A DNA stretch of 64,000 nucleotides from Ptychomitrium polyphyllum (taxonomy: Eukaryota), in assembly GCA_973851085.1 (NCBI GenBank), contig OZ316776.1:11222001-11286000 (forward strand). Direction: 5' to 3'. The position numbers and the translations under genes were made by a program. This document shows, in pieces, positions 1-12,991 of the stretch. Under the pieces are notes generated by a model. That model worked only from the letters and a program-made list of their open reading frames with translations. It was not told the origin of the DNA and ran no database searches. The number at the start of each line of letters is the position of its first letter. The stretch's first letter is position 1.

Positions 1-3000
1 ATACAAATTGCATTGAATACATGTCGCAATTAAGTAAGAAGAAATTGAAAATCAAAAAATAGTATATAGTCCCATATATTTTTGTACATATTTATTTACC
101 TTGGTATAATAACAAAAGAATACTTGTAGATAAAATGGAATAATACTTGAGTACATGATGTTTAAGGCTTAGTAATATAATATATAATGCTCAAATCCAT
201 GTGTATGGGAACACTATTGGCTTGAATTACATTGGAGTTCTAATAAGTTTTGTGGCTAGAATTCAAAAAAAAGGTTTGCATCAACTCTTTTTTATGTTCA
301 TTACTAAATCAACTCCTAATTATTCTAGTTACTAATATTCAAATCCAAAATGACTAAAAATATTAATGAATTTGCCTTCAACATGACTTACCACTTAGGT
401 CTTTCTATACTTGCATATGGCAATAAAACATGCATTGCAATGGCAAAAGGGAATTTTGTAGAATTTAGTGTTAAAAGACTAGACAATGTGAATAGTGCAG
501 TACTACTTACAAAAAATAGGGCAGAACGTCAAAAATTTAACATGGAGCAAGTCAATATTAATACTTAACATGATGTTGTGTAGTTATCCAGAAGAGCTAT
601 CAGAATTCAATACATTTTGAAGGACAAAATATTGCTAAGTTGTTCATAACGCATGGATTTTACAATCCGTTACCTTTATCAGGACAACGCTACTCAGTTC
701 CTCATATTCCACTCTGTGCCACTAATAGCTACAAATTATATCGAATTTGCTTGACTTTTTAGTTTTTTCTTCTGGATGAAAAACCAGACGTTAAACGCTT
801 GTAGGAAAAAAGTAGGATTGAATGGATAAATATAAGTTTGCGTCCAGAACGTGGTTGAATGCTGGAATATTTTACTTTAACAGGACACTTTCTTATCCTT
901 CCGATTCATTTGTCGACCAGGGAAAAGGAAAAGGAAGCCCTTGTCTTGTGCGAGTCATGTGCACAAGTAAGCTGTTATGTGCCTAAACTCTTGCATGACA
1001 CCTGTAGTCTCCGAGATACACTCGACACAGAATATCTTGCTTGCATGGGCATAGGAGGGCTCTCTGCAATATCACTCATGTTTGGACGATGCTTTTGTTC
1101 CATCCGGCAGGGGCAAGAGATGCTTGGTTTCTGGGTGGGGCAGAGGTGTTACTAGTGGCACAGAGTGGGCTTCTCCTTTGAAAACAAATTCCGGGACGTG
1201 GAAGGTGATTTTGTTCCCAAGTGTAGCATTTCTAGTATCAGGATGATTTCAGACCTATATGAAGTTTGAATGGTTTTCTTTTACGGTTGGTATGTCTTTG
1301 AAGTGGTTTAGACGAAAGATGCTACGTGCAATGGTGCGTTGAGTTGTTTGGAAGCATGCATACCTTAAAGATTCTGCTTGTATTTTGAGCCTTAGTGTAT
1401 GCGAAGCTTAATCAGTGGTCGTGGTGAGTTAGGTGCTGCAAGTGCTCATGAGAGGCTTTCGTTGAGAGCAGGCATTGTTGTTTCTTTTCATATCACTTTG
1501 GAGAATGCGGAGCTATTATTTTGGTGAGATTTCTTTGAGCTGCATTACCAATTTAGTCTATGAACCTGTGCTTTTAGCATGGTGGCAACTTTTCTCGCCG
1601 GTGTCTAGAGACTCCCTCATCCAAATTTTTGAGGGAGGACGATTTTCATCGTGTTGGGAGCAAGAAACATAAGTTTGTGCATATCAATGTTGCAGTTTCC
1701 ATCGAGTTCAAGCAAAAGGTGTCCTCATTTGTACGGATGTTATGCGTCCATGCACACCTGGTTACTCTACCCTCTGAAATATGTGGGGAGCTTGTGAGTC
1801 TAGCAAATTTACGGAAGGATTTCCACGGTTCATTTTACATGATCTAAGAAGTGGAAGATGTACAGCTGAGCATAGGTGACTACCGCAATTTGCCACGACG
1901 CACATTTTGAAGCAGAGCTCTTCTCCAGTTAACGGGAGATTAGTTGTAGCCGAGATGCGTGCATGACGTTTTGTGAGAATCTGTGTGGCGTTTGAGTAAA
2001 GTAGCGGAGAGGCATCCCCAAGCTGATCAGACGAGGACAGCATTCAAAATAGAGGCTTAGTTGTACATTGGCTTCATTACATCAGGCATCCACAACACAA
2101 GAACTCATACATGAAAATACTGTATTAAACGCAGAATTTTAGCAGAAAACATGCCAACTTTAGCCTATTTAAATTGAGAACAACTGAGAACAATAATAGA
2201 GAAAAGAACGGATCTAAATATCAGGAACTTGGAACTCGTTGTTGAGCATGGAAGGTGGTGCAACAAAAGGTGAAGACCTTTAACATAGGTAAGGAGAAGG
2301 AGAATGGCAACTCCCATGGATCTTCTTAAATGAAGTGTATTTTCCCGTTACATTGTGGTTTTATGCATACAAGATGTAAAGTAGGAATATAAAGGTACTT
2401 TCTCTTGATGGAATGTAGGTATTCTATTAATTTATTCAAAATATAAACCTAAGAAATAAGAAAACAAAGAGGTGCAATAGACTTTAACTAACTAGTGGAG
2501 ATGTGTACAATATGCATTTATGTGTATGTATGTATATATTTGTATTGAAAATAAATTTTGTAATAATAAATTCATTTGGTATTTCTAGTAAAATATCATT
2601 CTATTACTTATTTCAATAAAAAGAGTGAATGTTATTAAGTAAGGTTGATGTTTTTGTATTTTGTTTGATATTGGATCAATAGAAAAACAATCATTAGCAT
2701 ATGTAAATTCAACAAGTTGAATAATCACATTTGAATAGGGAATTTTTGAAAGATTAATTTGATATAGCAATCTACAAATGCAAACAATATTAAGACAAAA
2801 ATATGCATTACAAAGGCATCTTTGTATTTGACAAGTACAAAAGAGTGCCCACAAAAGAACAATATTTCAAAGAGTTGTTATTCAAGGTATTAGCATTCCT
2901 TGCAATATAGCATCTAATTTTAGCAAGAAATAAATTATTTATGAAGTTTCTAAATTCTTTTATTTTTAATTTTAAACACAAAAATATGTATATATATTTG

Positions 3001-5667
3001 AAGGCCATAAAGTTATATATGGATCCAATTATCTATTTCATTTGTGTCATTAAAAAAACATGTAGAAGTTGAAAATTTATAAGGCCAAAACTTATATTTT
3101 CTCGTATTATTGCATATTATTTAATTCCAAATTTGATGATTTGTTTAATTTTGGTTAAAAAATATGACGTTTTTCTTTTAAAACAAATCAAAATTGAAAT
3201 CACTAGTTTTTTATTTGTATATAATTTAAACTTTTGTATAAGCATTTTAAAATGGATTTCATTGGCATATTTGAAAATCCATCTTTCTAATGTTGAATGG
3301 AATCTTTATAAGGTGTACACATTATATTGTTTTAATATACTTTTAAATAGAAATAATATGGTGGAGAATGTGCATATTCATAGGAAAGAGTTAAAAACAA
3401 ATATTTTTGTTTACATTCAACTATAGCTTAATTGTGTACCATTTTGTTTTAAGCAATATTGGCATGGACACAAATTTTATATTAAATAGTATATTTTTTT
3501 CTTTTTAGAATATCATGATTTCTTTTGCTAATACAATTTTGGCTAATATGCAATTCAAAATGTTTAATTTGAAAGTTGACAAGATAAATGAATTAAGGTA
3601 TATTATGAACATATAACCTAGGTTCCATTTGTATAGTATTACCTTTTAAAATGTGTTTGTAAAATGTAGCTTTTGTATCCAAGATGCTCTCAAGTCTTTA
3701 TTTAATATAAAAATAAATTCTTACTCAAATTTATGATTTAAATAATTGATTGAAATTCAACATCCATCAAATATTATTTATTCTTACAATAGTTAAAACT
3801 TGCCATTTCAAAAATTAAAAGTTAGTTGATTACAAACAAGAAAAAAAAAGGAGGTTGAATCTTATTAATGTTTTTTATTTGCCTAATAATCATTATCTTA
3901 ATCATTTGTATTTTATTAATATATAACACCTAAATGATAAATGTTTTAATTAAATGATAAACATCTTGTAAAGTTTACATTATCATTGTATATTATTAAT
4001 TTTTTAGATGGAAAACTTCCATTGTTAAGTGATTTAAGTATTCAATAATGAGTACTTAAAATTATTATCTAAATATTTGCATCTGCGTTGTAATTGTAAG
4101 AATGAATAATCGACTAATTACATTTGAAGCCATAGTAAGGGTTTTTTCTTCTTGATTAAATGGCTAGATTTTCTTTCACATAACCTAATCCTTATCTGCA
4201 CTTGAATTAAGGTAGAATGTGTCTCTAAGTTTGTTATCACAATCAGCTTACAGTAAAAAAATTTACTCTTACAATAGAGATGTTTTGTAAAGATAATATG
4301 CTTTTGCATTCTTTCCATGCAGAATTTTGATTCCTCCATTAAAAACGAGAAGTTATGATTTACAAAGGAAAGAACCAATCACCAGGCTTGCTTAACTTTG
4401 AGGAAGATGGGAATTGAGTTTGGGAACACCAAATGTGATTTGAATAGTATGAGTATAACGCTTCCAACTAACACTTATATTGTTTCTTAATTCAGCAAGC
4501 AAAACCATTGATTTTTGGCTCCAGTAGTCACTTGCAACCTAAGTTTGAAGTTTTCCCCTTAGTTTTTTATTATGGACAGATGCCTCATAGAACAATATCA
4601 ATTGGAACATGATGGCAAGTACCCAAATTGCTAATATGCAGCCGCAGTTCAAGTCCTTGCTATAAAATATCCTGTTGTTTCAGCAAAAAAGCAGAACCGA
4701 ACATGAACTTAAGAAAACCATTAAGAGAAAAACGAAGAAAGAAAATCCAGTAATGGGTGAATCAAATTAATGGGCAAAGTAAGCTAAAAGACGCCGGGAA
4801 GACCGAAAGAAACCGTCCGCCACGCGGCAGCACTACCTCAAATCCAGAAAATACAACACAAACTTCCAAACCGAAACGGAACGAGCGTTGGCGCACCCCT
4901 CCCCCCCCCCCGTGGAAAAAGGACTCCCTGCCCGTCCCCACCCGACTGCACCCGCTATTGCCAGTCGCATAGCCAGTCGCCCACCCGTGCCAGTAAACCT
5001 TCGTAGACTTTAGGAAGGCCACCCCGCACGCCTGGCCCGCCTCGTGCCGGTGACGCCGGTGGCCTGCAAGCGAGGCGAGGAAGAGGGAGATGGAGAGACA
5101 AAGCACGGGTGTGCAGGCAAAGCACTTGCAGAGAGGAGCTCCGTCGTTGTCTCATAGGAAGCTATCCATCGCGTGCACACGAACCGATCGCACCCTCTTC
5201 GCTTCTTCTCCATCGCTTCCTACCGATCTGTCTCTCGTCGCCCAAGGTAACAGCTTTGCTCAGCAGTTGTCTTCAAAGTTGAGAGTGTTGGTGGCTGGTG
5301 TTTTTGTTTCTTGATTTCAGTTAGAGTTGTGAGCTCGGTTCTTGCTGCTGTTCTTCATGTTTGATGGTAGTGGGGATTGGTTTTGGATTAGGTATATGGA
5401 TTGGTTCTATGTTTGGAGTTACGTTGTTGGATTGGATTTTTTGGGGGTGTTTTGAGGTGCTTTGAAGTTTTTGGAGAGATGCATGTGATTGAGGAAGTTG
5501 GAGGGGGCTAAGCTGCGGTCTGCGCACTTTTCTGTTGTTTTGTTGATTTTTGCGCGGCAGTTTGCGAGTTTGGAGTCGTTTCTCAGCTAGCGGGATTGCA
5601 CCATAGTCTGGGGTATCGGGGAGAGGAACTAGTCTCGTGATTTCGCTTCCATTCGAATCAATTCGAT

Positions 5668-5699
5668 TCGGTTCCGTTCGGTTCGGTTCGGTTCGGTTC
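5668..5699. repeat. (GGTTC)n pentanucleotide microsatellite
   Basis: tcggttccgttcggttcggttcggttcggttc lies immediately upstream of ATG 5705. Confidence 0.85.
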
Positions 5700-5704
5700 T
5701 TGTA

Positions 5705-7104
5705 ATGGGGAATTTCTGTTTCAGTGGGAACAAGGACCGGGTTGGCGACCAGGAAAAAGAAAAACCAGTACCTGAAGAAAAGCCTGTACTTGAAGAAAAA
5801 CCAGTACCTGAAGAAAAGCCTGTACTTGAAGAAAAACCAGTACCTGAAGAAAAGCCTGTACTTGAAGAAAAACCAGTACCTGAAGAAAAGCCTGTACTTG
5901 AAGAAAAGCCTGTACTTGAAGAAAAACCAGGAACTGAAGAAATACCAGTTTCTGAAGAGAAACCAGTTGAAGAAAAACCAGTTCTAGGTCTAGCATCCCT
6001 TTATCTTCCTGAATGGGCTTTTTTTCCCTTTGTTTTCGAATTACTGCATTTGGAAGTGTTGTGAGGAAAAGGATGTTTTGTTGTTTTGGTGCGCCAGAGT
6101 GGGGACTTTGAATAGGTATGTCGAGCAGATGATATGCAGAATATGTACTCTTGGAAGAGTATATTCATCTCTTTCTGCGGTACAGGTCTCCTTTCGTCTG
6201 AGGCGTGATGCGTTGCTATTTTTGGTAGCATAGCTGGGCAGAGCCATTCTTGCGTGGTTTCTGAGACCACGATTGATTTCTCATTTTCTCTCGCTGAGCA
6301 CAAGTTGGTAGTAACGTGAGATTTCATTTGTTGCAGCACCTTCCAAACCCGCTCCCAAACCAGTTTCTAAACCGGCTTCCAAATCCGCTTCCAATATGGC
6401 TGGGGATCACGGTAACGTTCACATCATCAACAACGCGGCAGCATGGCACGCTAAGTTGGAAGAGGCTAAGAATACCGGTAAAATCGTAAGTGCTATTGGA
6501 CCATCTCTGTTCTCCTGTTTCTTTTTTCACCCCTTGTCCAGTTGCTATTTTTTCTGTAATGGAGCTATTCTATATAAAAGAATGGTGTGGTCTATGAAAC
6601 TGAACCTATTTACTGACAAGTCGATTATTCTTCAGGTGGTTGTTGATTTCACCGCAACTTGGTGCGGTCCTTGCCGACTGATGTCTCCTATCTTCACTGA
6701 GTTGAGCAAGAAGTTCGAAAGTTTGGTCTTCGTCAAGGTGGACGTCGACGAAGTTCAGGTACGAACATATTTTTTTACGATAGATAGGTGTTTGCTATAT
6801 TTAGAAATGAACTTGCTCTTCATGCTGGAATGATTGATGCATTGTTTGTCGTCAGGCCTTTTTTTTTACGTTATGGATAACTTGTCTTTTTTTACCTCAA
6901 AGGAAGTTTACAGCTATGTTCTGATCAATTTTGTGTTCGCTGACTTTGCAGGATGTTACAGCTAAGTGGGAAGTTCGCGCTATGCCCACATTCTTGTTTA
7001 TCAAGGATGGAAAGCTGCTCGACAAGATTGTTGGCGCTAACAAAGATGAACTGGAGAAGAAGTGCAACAACTATGCCTCCACTACTGTTTCTAGCTCTTC
7101 ATGA
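5705..7104 (+). CDS. Thioredoxin h (WCGPC). Core exons 6396-6485, 6636-6758, 6952-7104 (121 aa). Possible long isoform adds 5705-5987 and 6337-6395 (235 aa).
   Basis: Translation [11 protein letters not shown]...[83 protein letters not shown] is a typical Trx h. The GT-AG introns preserve frame. Confidence 0.93.
5756..5986 (+). repeat. Coding minisatellite, 18-nt unit (36-nt higher-order dimer), about 13 copies encoding EEKPV[P/L]
   Basis: GAAGAAAAACCAGTACCT and GAAGAAAAGCCTGTACTT alternate and degenerate toward the 3' end. Confidence 0.95.
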
Positions 7105-10100
7105 GGAACATTGTAGTTCGCAGTGCTGCATACGTTCGATGTCTGCTAAAGGCATAGATTTCGTGTTTGCTTTTAGATTGGTCTTGTTCAAAACTACTCA
7201 TTTGTTAGTTACGGTTGTACATACCTCTGATTTTGTGAGCAGAATGCTTGATTCATTAACTGTTTTCTCTCCGTCTACTCTGGTCCATTCCTTTCGTTGT
7301 TGTGCAAAAGAAATACAAAACGTGTAACTTGGGAAGAGAACCAGCCTGAGAGCTTTGAATGCGAGAAGTTCTTTACATGCCTTTGCGTTTTCTATGAAAA
7401 TACAAGAGTGTGTGGAGAATAGTGATGTCCATGAACTTTTGGGCGTCTTCGATGAGTGAAACTGTCGTACCAGAAAAAGTAGCAAGAGTAAGCTCGGAGT
7501 GGATTGTGTGCGTACAATTAGTTGGCGTGCAAGTTGACTGAGCAACAACTCGCTTCCTGCAGACCCTGCAGAAAATTCATTATACACAACGCGTACAGAC
7601 ATTTCTTAATATAATCTCCCACCCAAGGAGGGACGTGTATCCAATACAAGGCTTGCACGTGCCCTTTACACCTGTACATCTCGATTTCAATTTGAGTTAT
7701 CTGGATTCACAACATCTTTTCTCCCGTGAACTCTGCAAAATTAGTTCTTGACACATCGTCCGGATATTCCTTGCCACTGACTGTGTCAAAACTGCAGTCT
7801 TATGGGTACAGTAACTCGGACGAGTATCAGGCTCTTTATCCGCATCTTTATCAGCATCTTTATCACTCGTGACTACAGTAATCCACATACGTTTTGGGCA
7901 GGTTAGTGGTGGGCCTTGTGTCATGTGGTGGAAGTGCTTTTACACTTATGAGATTGGGATTTAGCTAGAAAACTTGCTCCATTTGCATTCATCCATTTGG
8001 AATCATTCTTCTTCTTTTAATTTGTAAATGAGAGTTGTTTTTTCTTTCTCACTTTTCTATTCATTCCAAAATTACCTAAACATTTTTGACATTTGAAGTA
8101 AATAATTTGTTGCGTGTATAATTTGGCTGTAAATGCTTTTTTTTAAAAACTGAAATCGTTTTCATATATATTCAAATATGAATGTAAACCTCAGCATTCT
8201 TAAAATATCTTTAGATACATTTACTATTTTTGAATTTTGGATATTCATCTATGCTTTATGTGATTTTTTAATGAATGAAGTTTGAAATAATAAAATTTTA
8301 TTTTACATTCTAGATGTAACTAAGTCTTCATTTCTTTTTTCAAAAGAGTGTCATGATTTGATTTATAAAATTGATATAATCAATTAATTTTTATAAATTT
8401 TTTAGATCATTCAAATCATTCATTTCTTAAGAATAATTTTGATAATCAACAGAGGTATTGCATCATAAGTTTAACATTTATGCTTAGTTGTAGTTCATGT
8501 TTTCTAAATAATTGGATTATACAAAGTACATGTGCAAAAATAAAAGTAAAAATATTTACAATTCTTTTAGTGGCTTTAAAATTAAAAACTTATTTACAAT
8601 TCACATAACATATATAATTAAGAATGTCCATTGATACAAACAGTATTTGTTTAAATTCTTCATTATCATATGATCATTATCACTTACATCTTGTGAAAAA
8701 TTAAGAAAGTGTAAAGTAATATTATAATTCTTTCTTAAATTGAAGTTTTAAAGTTCAACAAGTTTTTAATTTTAATTTTTTTTAATTTTATGATTTTTTT
8801 TCAAATTACTCATATTCCTTTTTATATTAAGACATCATGGAGATATTTTTTCTATAACCATAGAATCTAATGTTTATCTACAAAAAAGGAGATAAAAGTA
8901 AAGGATAAGTCAAAGTAAACAAGTCATTAATATTTTCAAGTTTATACAAAATTTGTTGATTTAATAAATATGGTATTCAATGATGTTATCATTTATATAA
9001 AATTAAAGCCACTTCTTCTTTAAGTGTTTGATAGTACCTTCATCAAAGTATTTAATTGAATATTCTATAATAGTAATTTTGCAATAATTGATAACAAGGC
9101 TAATAAAGAATGTTATAGAAATACAATCACATTTGTAACAATTCAATTTTATTATTATATGTTTTATAAAAATTCTTTTTTAATTTAGAAAAAAAAATGT
9201 ACATTCCACCACATAAATATGTCTATGAAATATTAAGCAAACTCAAGAATAAAGCTTTTTTTTTTACAAATAGAAATAATAATGATTAAATAAAACGTTC
9301 TTGGCTTTCTTTGAGGTTGTTGTAATTAGAACTATATAATCAATTGAAATTTATAGAATTCATGATTGAATTATGAGCTATTGTATGCACTTGTACCTCT
9401 ACTTGGAATATTGTATGAAAGAACCAAAGTGGTTCTTAAGTATAACAAATTCATTCTAAACTTTGATTCTAATACATGGATAAAAATACTTTTCTAATCA
9501 TTTTTTAGAACCAAAGATTGAAAGGTTTATAAAAGACAAAAACAAAATACAATGGAAAGTCTTAAATGTAGATTGAAATGGATGTACATACCTCATGATT
9601 TAAAGGCAAACGAATTAACTAGCCTTAAATTGAAAATACCTTCATTTTTTAGTGGTTCATTTTAGAATACTTAATAGATAATTTAGGTGGTTATGATAAT
9701 TCTTCCATGGTCGTTTGTTTGTTTCATACTAATTTTGAATCTTATTGCACAAAATTTTTTAACTTGCAACTTATTGTATTTAACTTTATTAACTATTGGA
9801 TTATGAAGAAAATTATAAATGTTGGTCAAAAGAAGTTTAAACAATAATTCTTTGTGGTTAAAAGTACATTATATGCTTTGAATTTTTTGTATCCAAAAAA
9901 ATGGTAATTGGGCATAAATGGCAATAAATAAGTTTAATCATTTTTAATAAATATAATAATCAATTTCTTCAATTGAAGTTGGAAGTAAATTCAAATTGTG
10001 TATTATGTATTTTTATCTTATTAGGATTATTTATTGATTTTTATTTTCTATTTCATGGTCAATTTCTAGTTTCACTTAATTTTCCTTTAGAACACTAAAT

Positions 10101-12991
10101 AAATCAATAATAACCAAATTTGTAAAAGCATTTGTTGTATGATTCTATTTTTGAAGCTCATAAGAGTACATTTGACTTCACTCTTAGTGTCTTTTAATAT
10201 ACAACTTGTTTTATAAAAAAAAATGAAATTAATTTTGAAATACTCTTGATTTTGCAATATTTTGATTATATAGTGCTATTAATGAATGAAGATCATTGTA
10301 AATGTTCTATTTTAAAAGCCAAAAAGAAACTTACTTATTTTTGCTTGTTATATTTTACAAATTATTATTTCTTCTTGTAATGTGATAATTTTTTATCATT
10401 GTAACAACTTTTATTTTATACATGGTTTATGATTGTTACAAGTAATTTGTGGTCTACTATTTTAATTTTAAAATATAAAATTAATTTAAAAACAAAATAA
10501 ATTATCCACGTCCAATATCAAAAACCTATATAAGATTCTAAATAAAGATGCTATCAAATATTATTAAAATATGTATGTATTTTGTAAACTAATTACAAGG
10601 TTTTTTTCATCATTTTTAGATTTTTAAATCAATAGAAAATCATTGAAGAAGGTCATTGGAAAACCACTTGTTGTTTGAAAAATCAACGCAATGCCATAAT
10701 AAGAAGCCACTACCATTTGGACTAATGAAAATTTGCCACCAATTAGCCTTCTAAAAAGTTAATTTCAAACAATCTACTTGGTTATTCTTTAACAATTCAT
10801 CAAATCCCATCTAATTCATTCTACAAAGTCTATTTAATTGACACAATTAAAATATAATTAAAAATAATACCATATGAACATCAATCTATTTATACACTTA
10901 AAATAACAAAATAAATACAAAATTTTCTACATTTAATTCCTAAAAAGCCCACATTATGACAATATTAAACATTATATTTGTAATAAGCACAATAGAAAAA
11001 GAAAAACATGATATAATTGTGGATCCAAAAAAACCATTCATACAAAGTATAATTCTTATGGTCTTTTTAAATAGCACAATGGTCTTCCAGCATTTAAAGC
11101 TAGCATTACAAATGATCTTCAAAGCTTCTTATTATTTATAAACCAACAATGGCAATTGTTTCATTTAAAAACGTACAAAGCATGATTCTTATAACATCAT
11201 AATCATTATAATGAAAAATAATAAAGTTGCAAAATAATCTAAAAGATAAAATGGATTTAAGAAAGATTTGATTTTTTAAATATGATTATCATATTTTTAA
11301 AGTTAAAGAATAAGTTTTTAATTAATTAATAGGCCATAGTAGCCAAAAGCTACTAAATTTGTATTTAAATGGTATATGAGATATGCAATTTAGCTTGATT
11401 TGAGTTGAATCTATACAAACTATTATATTTCCAAAATCATTATTTTGTCCCATTATAAAGAATAATATGTTTTGTAAAAGTTTCATTGGATACATCACAA
11501 TTTTAAAACTTAATATTCTCACCAATGAACTTGATGATGCAGGTTATTACTTGAAAGGTTTTGAATTTAATTATTTCTAAAGTTTTCTTCATTTGAATCA
11601 TTCAAAGATAAATAACTTTTTCGTTTTAAAATATAAATGGTTAATAATTCTTGTAGAAGTTTTTTTGCTAGCCTTTTGAAATTTCACACTTTGAGTGCAA
11701 AAGGTTTTGTGACCAATACCTACATCTTGTGGTAAACAAAGTGACCTTTTGTATTATGATGTTTGAAAGAAACTTACTAATAGGTTCTATTTCATCATCA
11801 TATAATGGTCTTACAAATGTGAATACTCTCGACTTTATACAATCATTAAGTTTTACCATCTCTTTCTAATTTACATATGGTCTATCTTCATGCATTCATC
11901 CAGTTAACAATATTCCAAATCTAAAATTTTCTTAACTTTTGAAAATTGATTTTTACAATTACTCCACCAACTATAGATAATTTTAGCTCTAAAATTTTAT
12001 AAATCTTATTTGAAACAAGACAATTTGTCTTACACCATTTGTGCATTTCTATACAATCTTATTAGTCTCAATTATTTCTCTTTGAATTATAACCAAAACA
12101 CAAGCAAAAAAGTTCTACTAATAGCCAATTGTAACATTTATAAAACTTAAATTTTTTCATCAATCAGCTCAAAGATGCAATTCTATTTGAAATCAGTTCA
12201 TTTTTGAAGCTCAAGTTACTTGCTTTCATTAACAATGCTTCAATTGGATCCATTTTACTAGCATTGGAAACGTGAAAGAATTCATTAGTTTGTAATTTAA
12301 CTATAATAAGTTCAAAAATGAGCTTTTTCTTGTGTTTGTAATGTTTTGTACAAAATTACACATCTAATACAAGGAACTAATACAAATGGAATTCTTATGT
12401 ACAAGGTCATAGTTCCATATGCCATTTTTCAAAAAAAAAAAAACCAATATATATTTTAAAATATGAAAAAAATGATAATTTCATAATTTAGTCTATTAAT
12501 AATATGTTTCAATTAAAAAAAACTAAGCGCTTTTAAAATTATTATTAACAATCAATTTTGACTCTCCAAATTCTCATACTTAATTATTTTGAAAGGCATC
12601 TTTTTCAAAATCATACATTCTTAAAGGCTTTTATATAGAACTTCTTTATTTTATAAAATAAAGTAATCATTTGTTACATTTGATAAAAATATGTAAAAGA
12701 TATTAAAAGACAAAAACATGAACACTTACATGTGTGCAAGCTTTGAAACGACCGGCTATAGGGGTGCAACGTGGGAGGTGAATTAGCGTCCTTTTAAGTA
12801 GTGATGCTATGACCATTATAAGGCGAAGATGACTCTGTGAGTGTGAACAGAGCTTACCTGGATCCGAATCACGAAAAGACGTTATTGTTTGACGAACGAA
12901 GACGAAGACGACGACGACGACGAAAACGCTTGACATGGAAGAAGCGTTTTTCTTAGAAGTCTCTGTTTTACAGTTTCGATCGTCTTCGGCG

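Noticed and set aside
5090..5246. Third possible Trx N-terminus from ATG 5090, which is also phase-compatible with the 6337 acceptor
   Set aside because: The peptide has no recognisable features, the ATG probably lies upstream of the start site, and a phase match has a 1-in-3 chance.
5721..5996. Alternative-frame and antisense ORFs over the EEKPV repeat (LQVQAF..., KKSLYL...)
   Set aside because: These are by-products of a stop-free tandem repeat. Only the 5705 frame has an ATG with an N-terminal motif and an in-frame splice to Trx.
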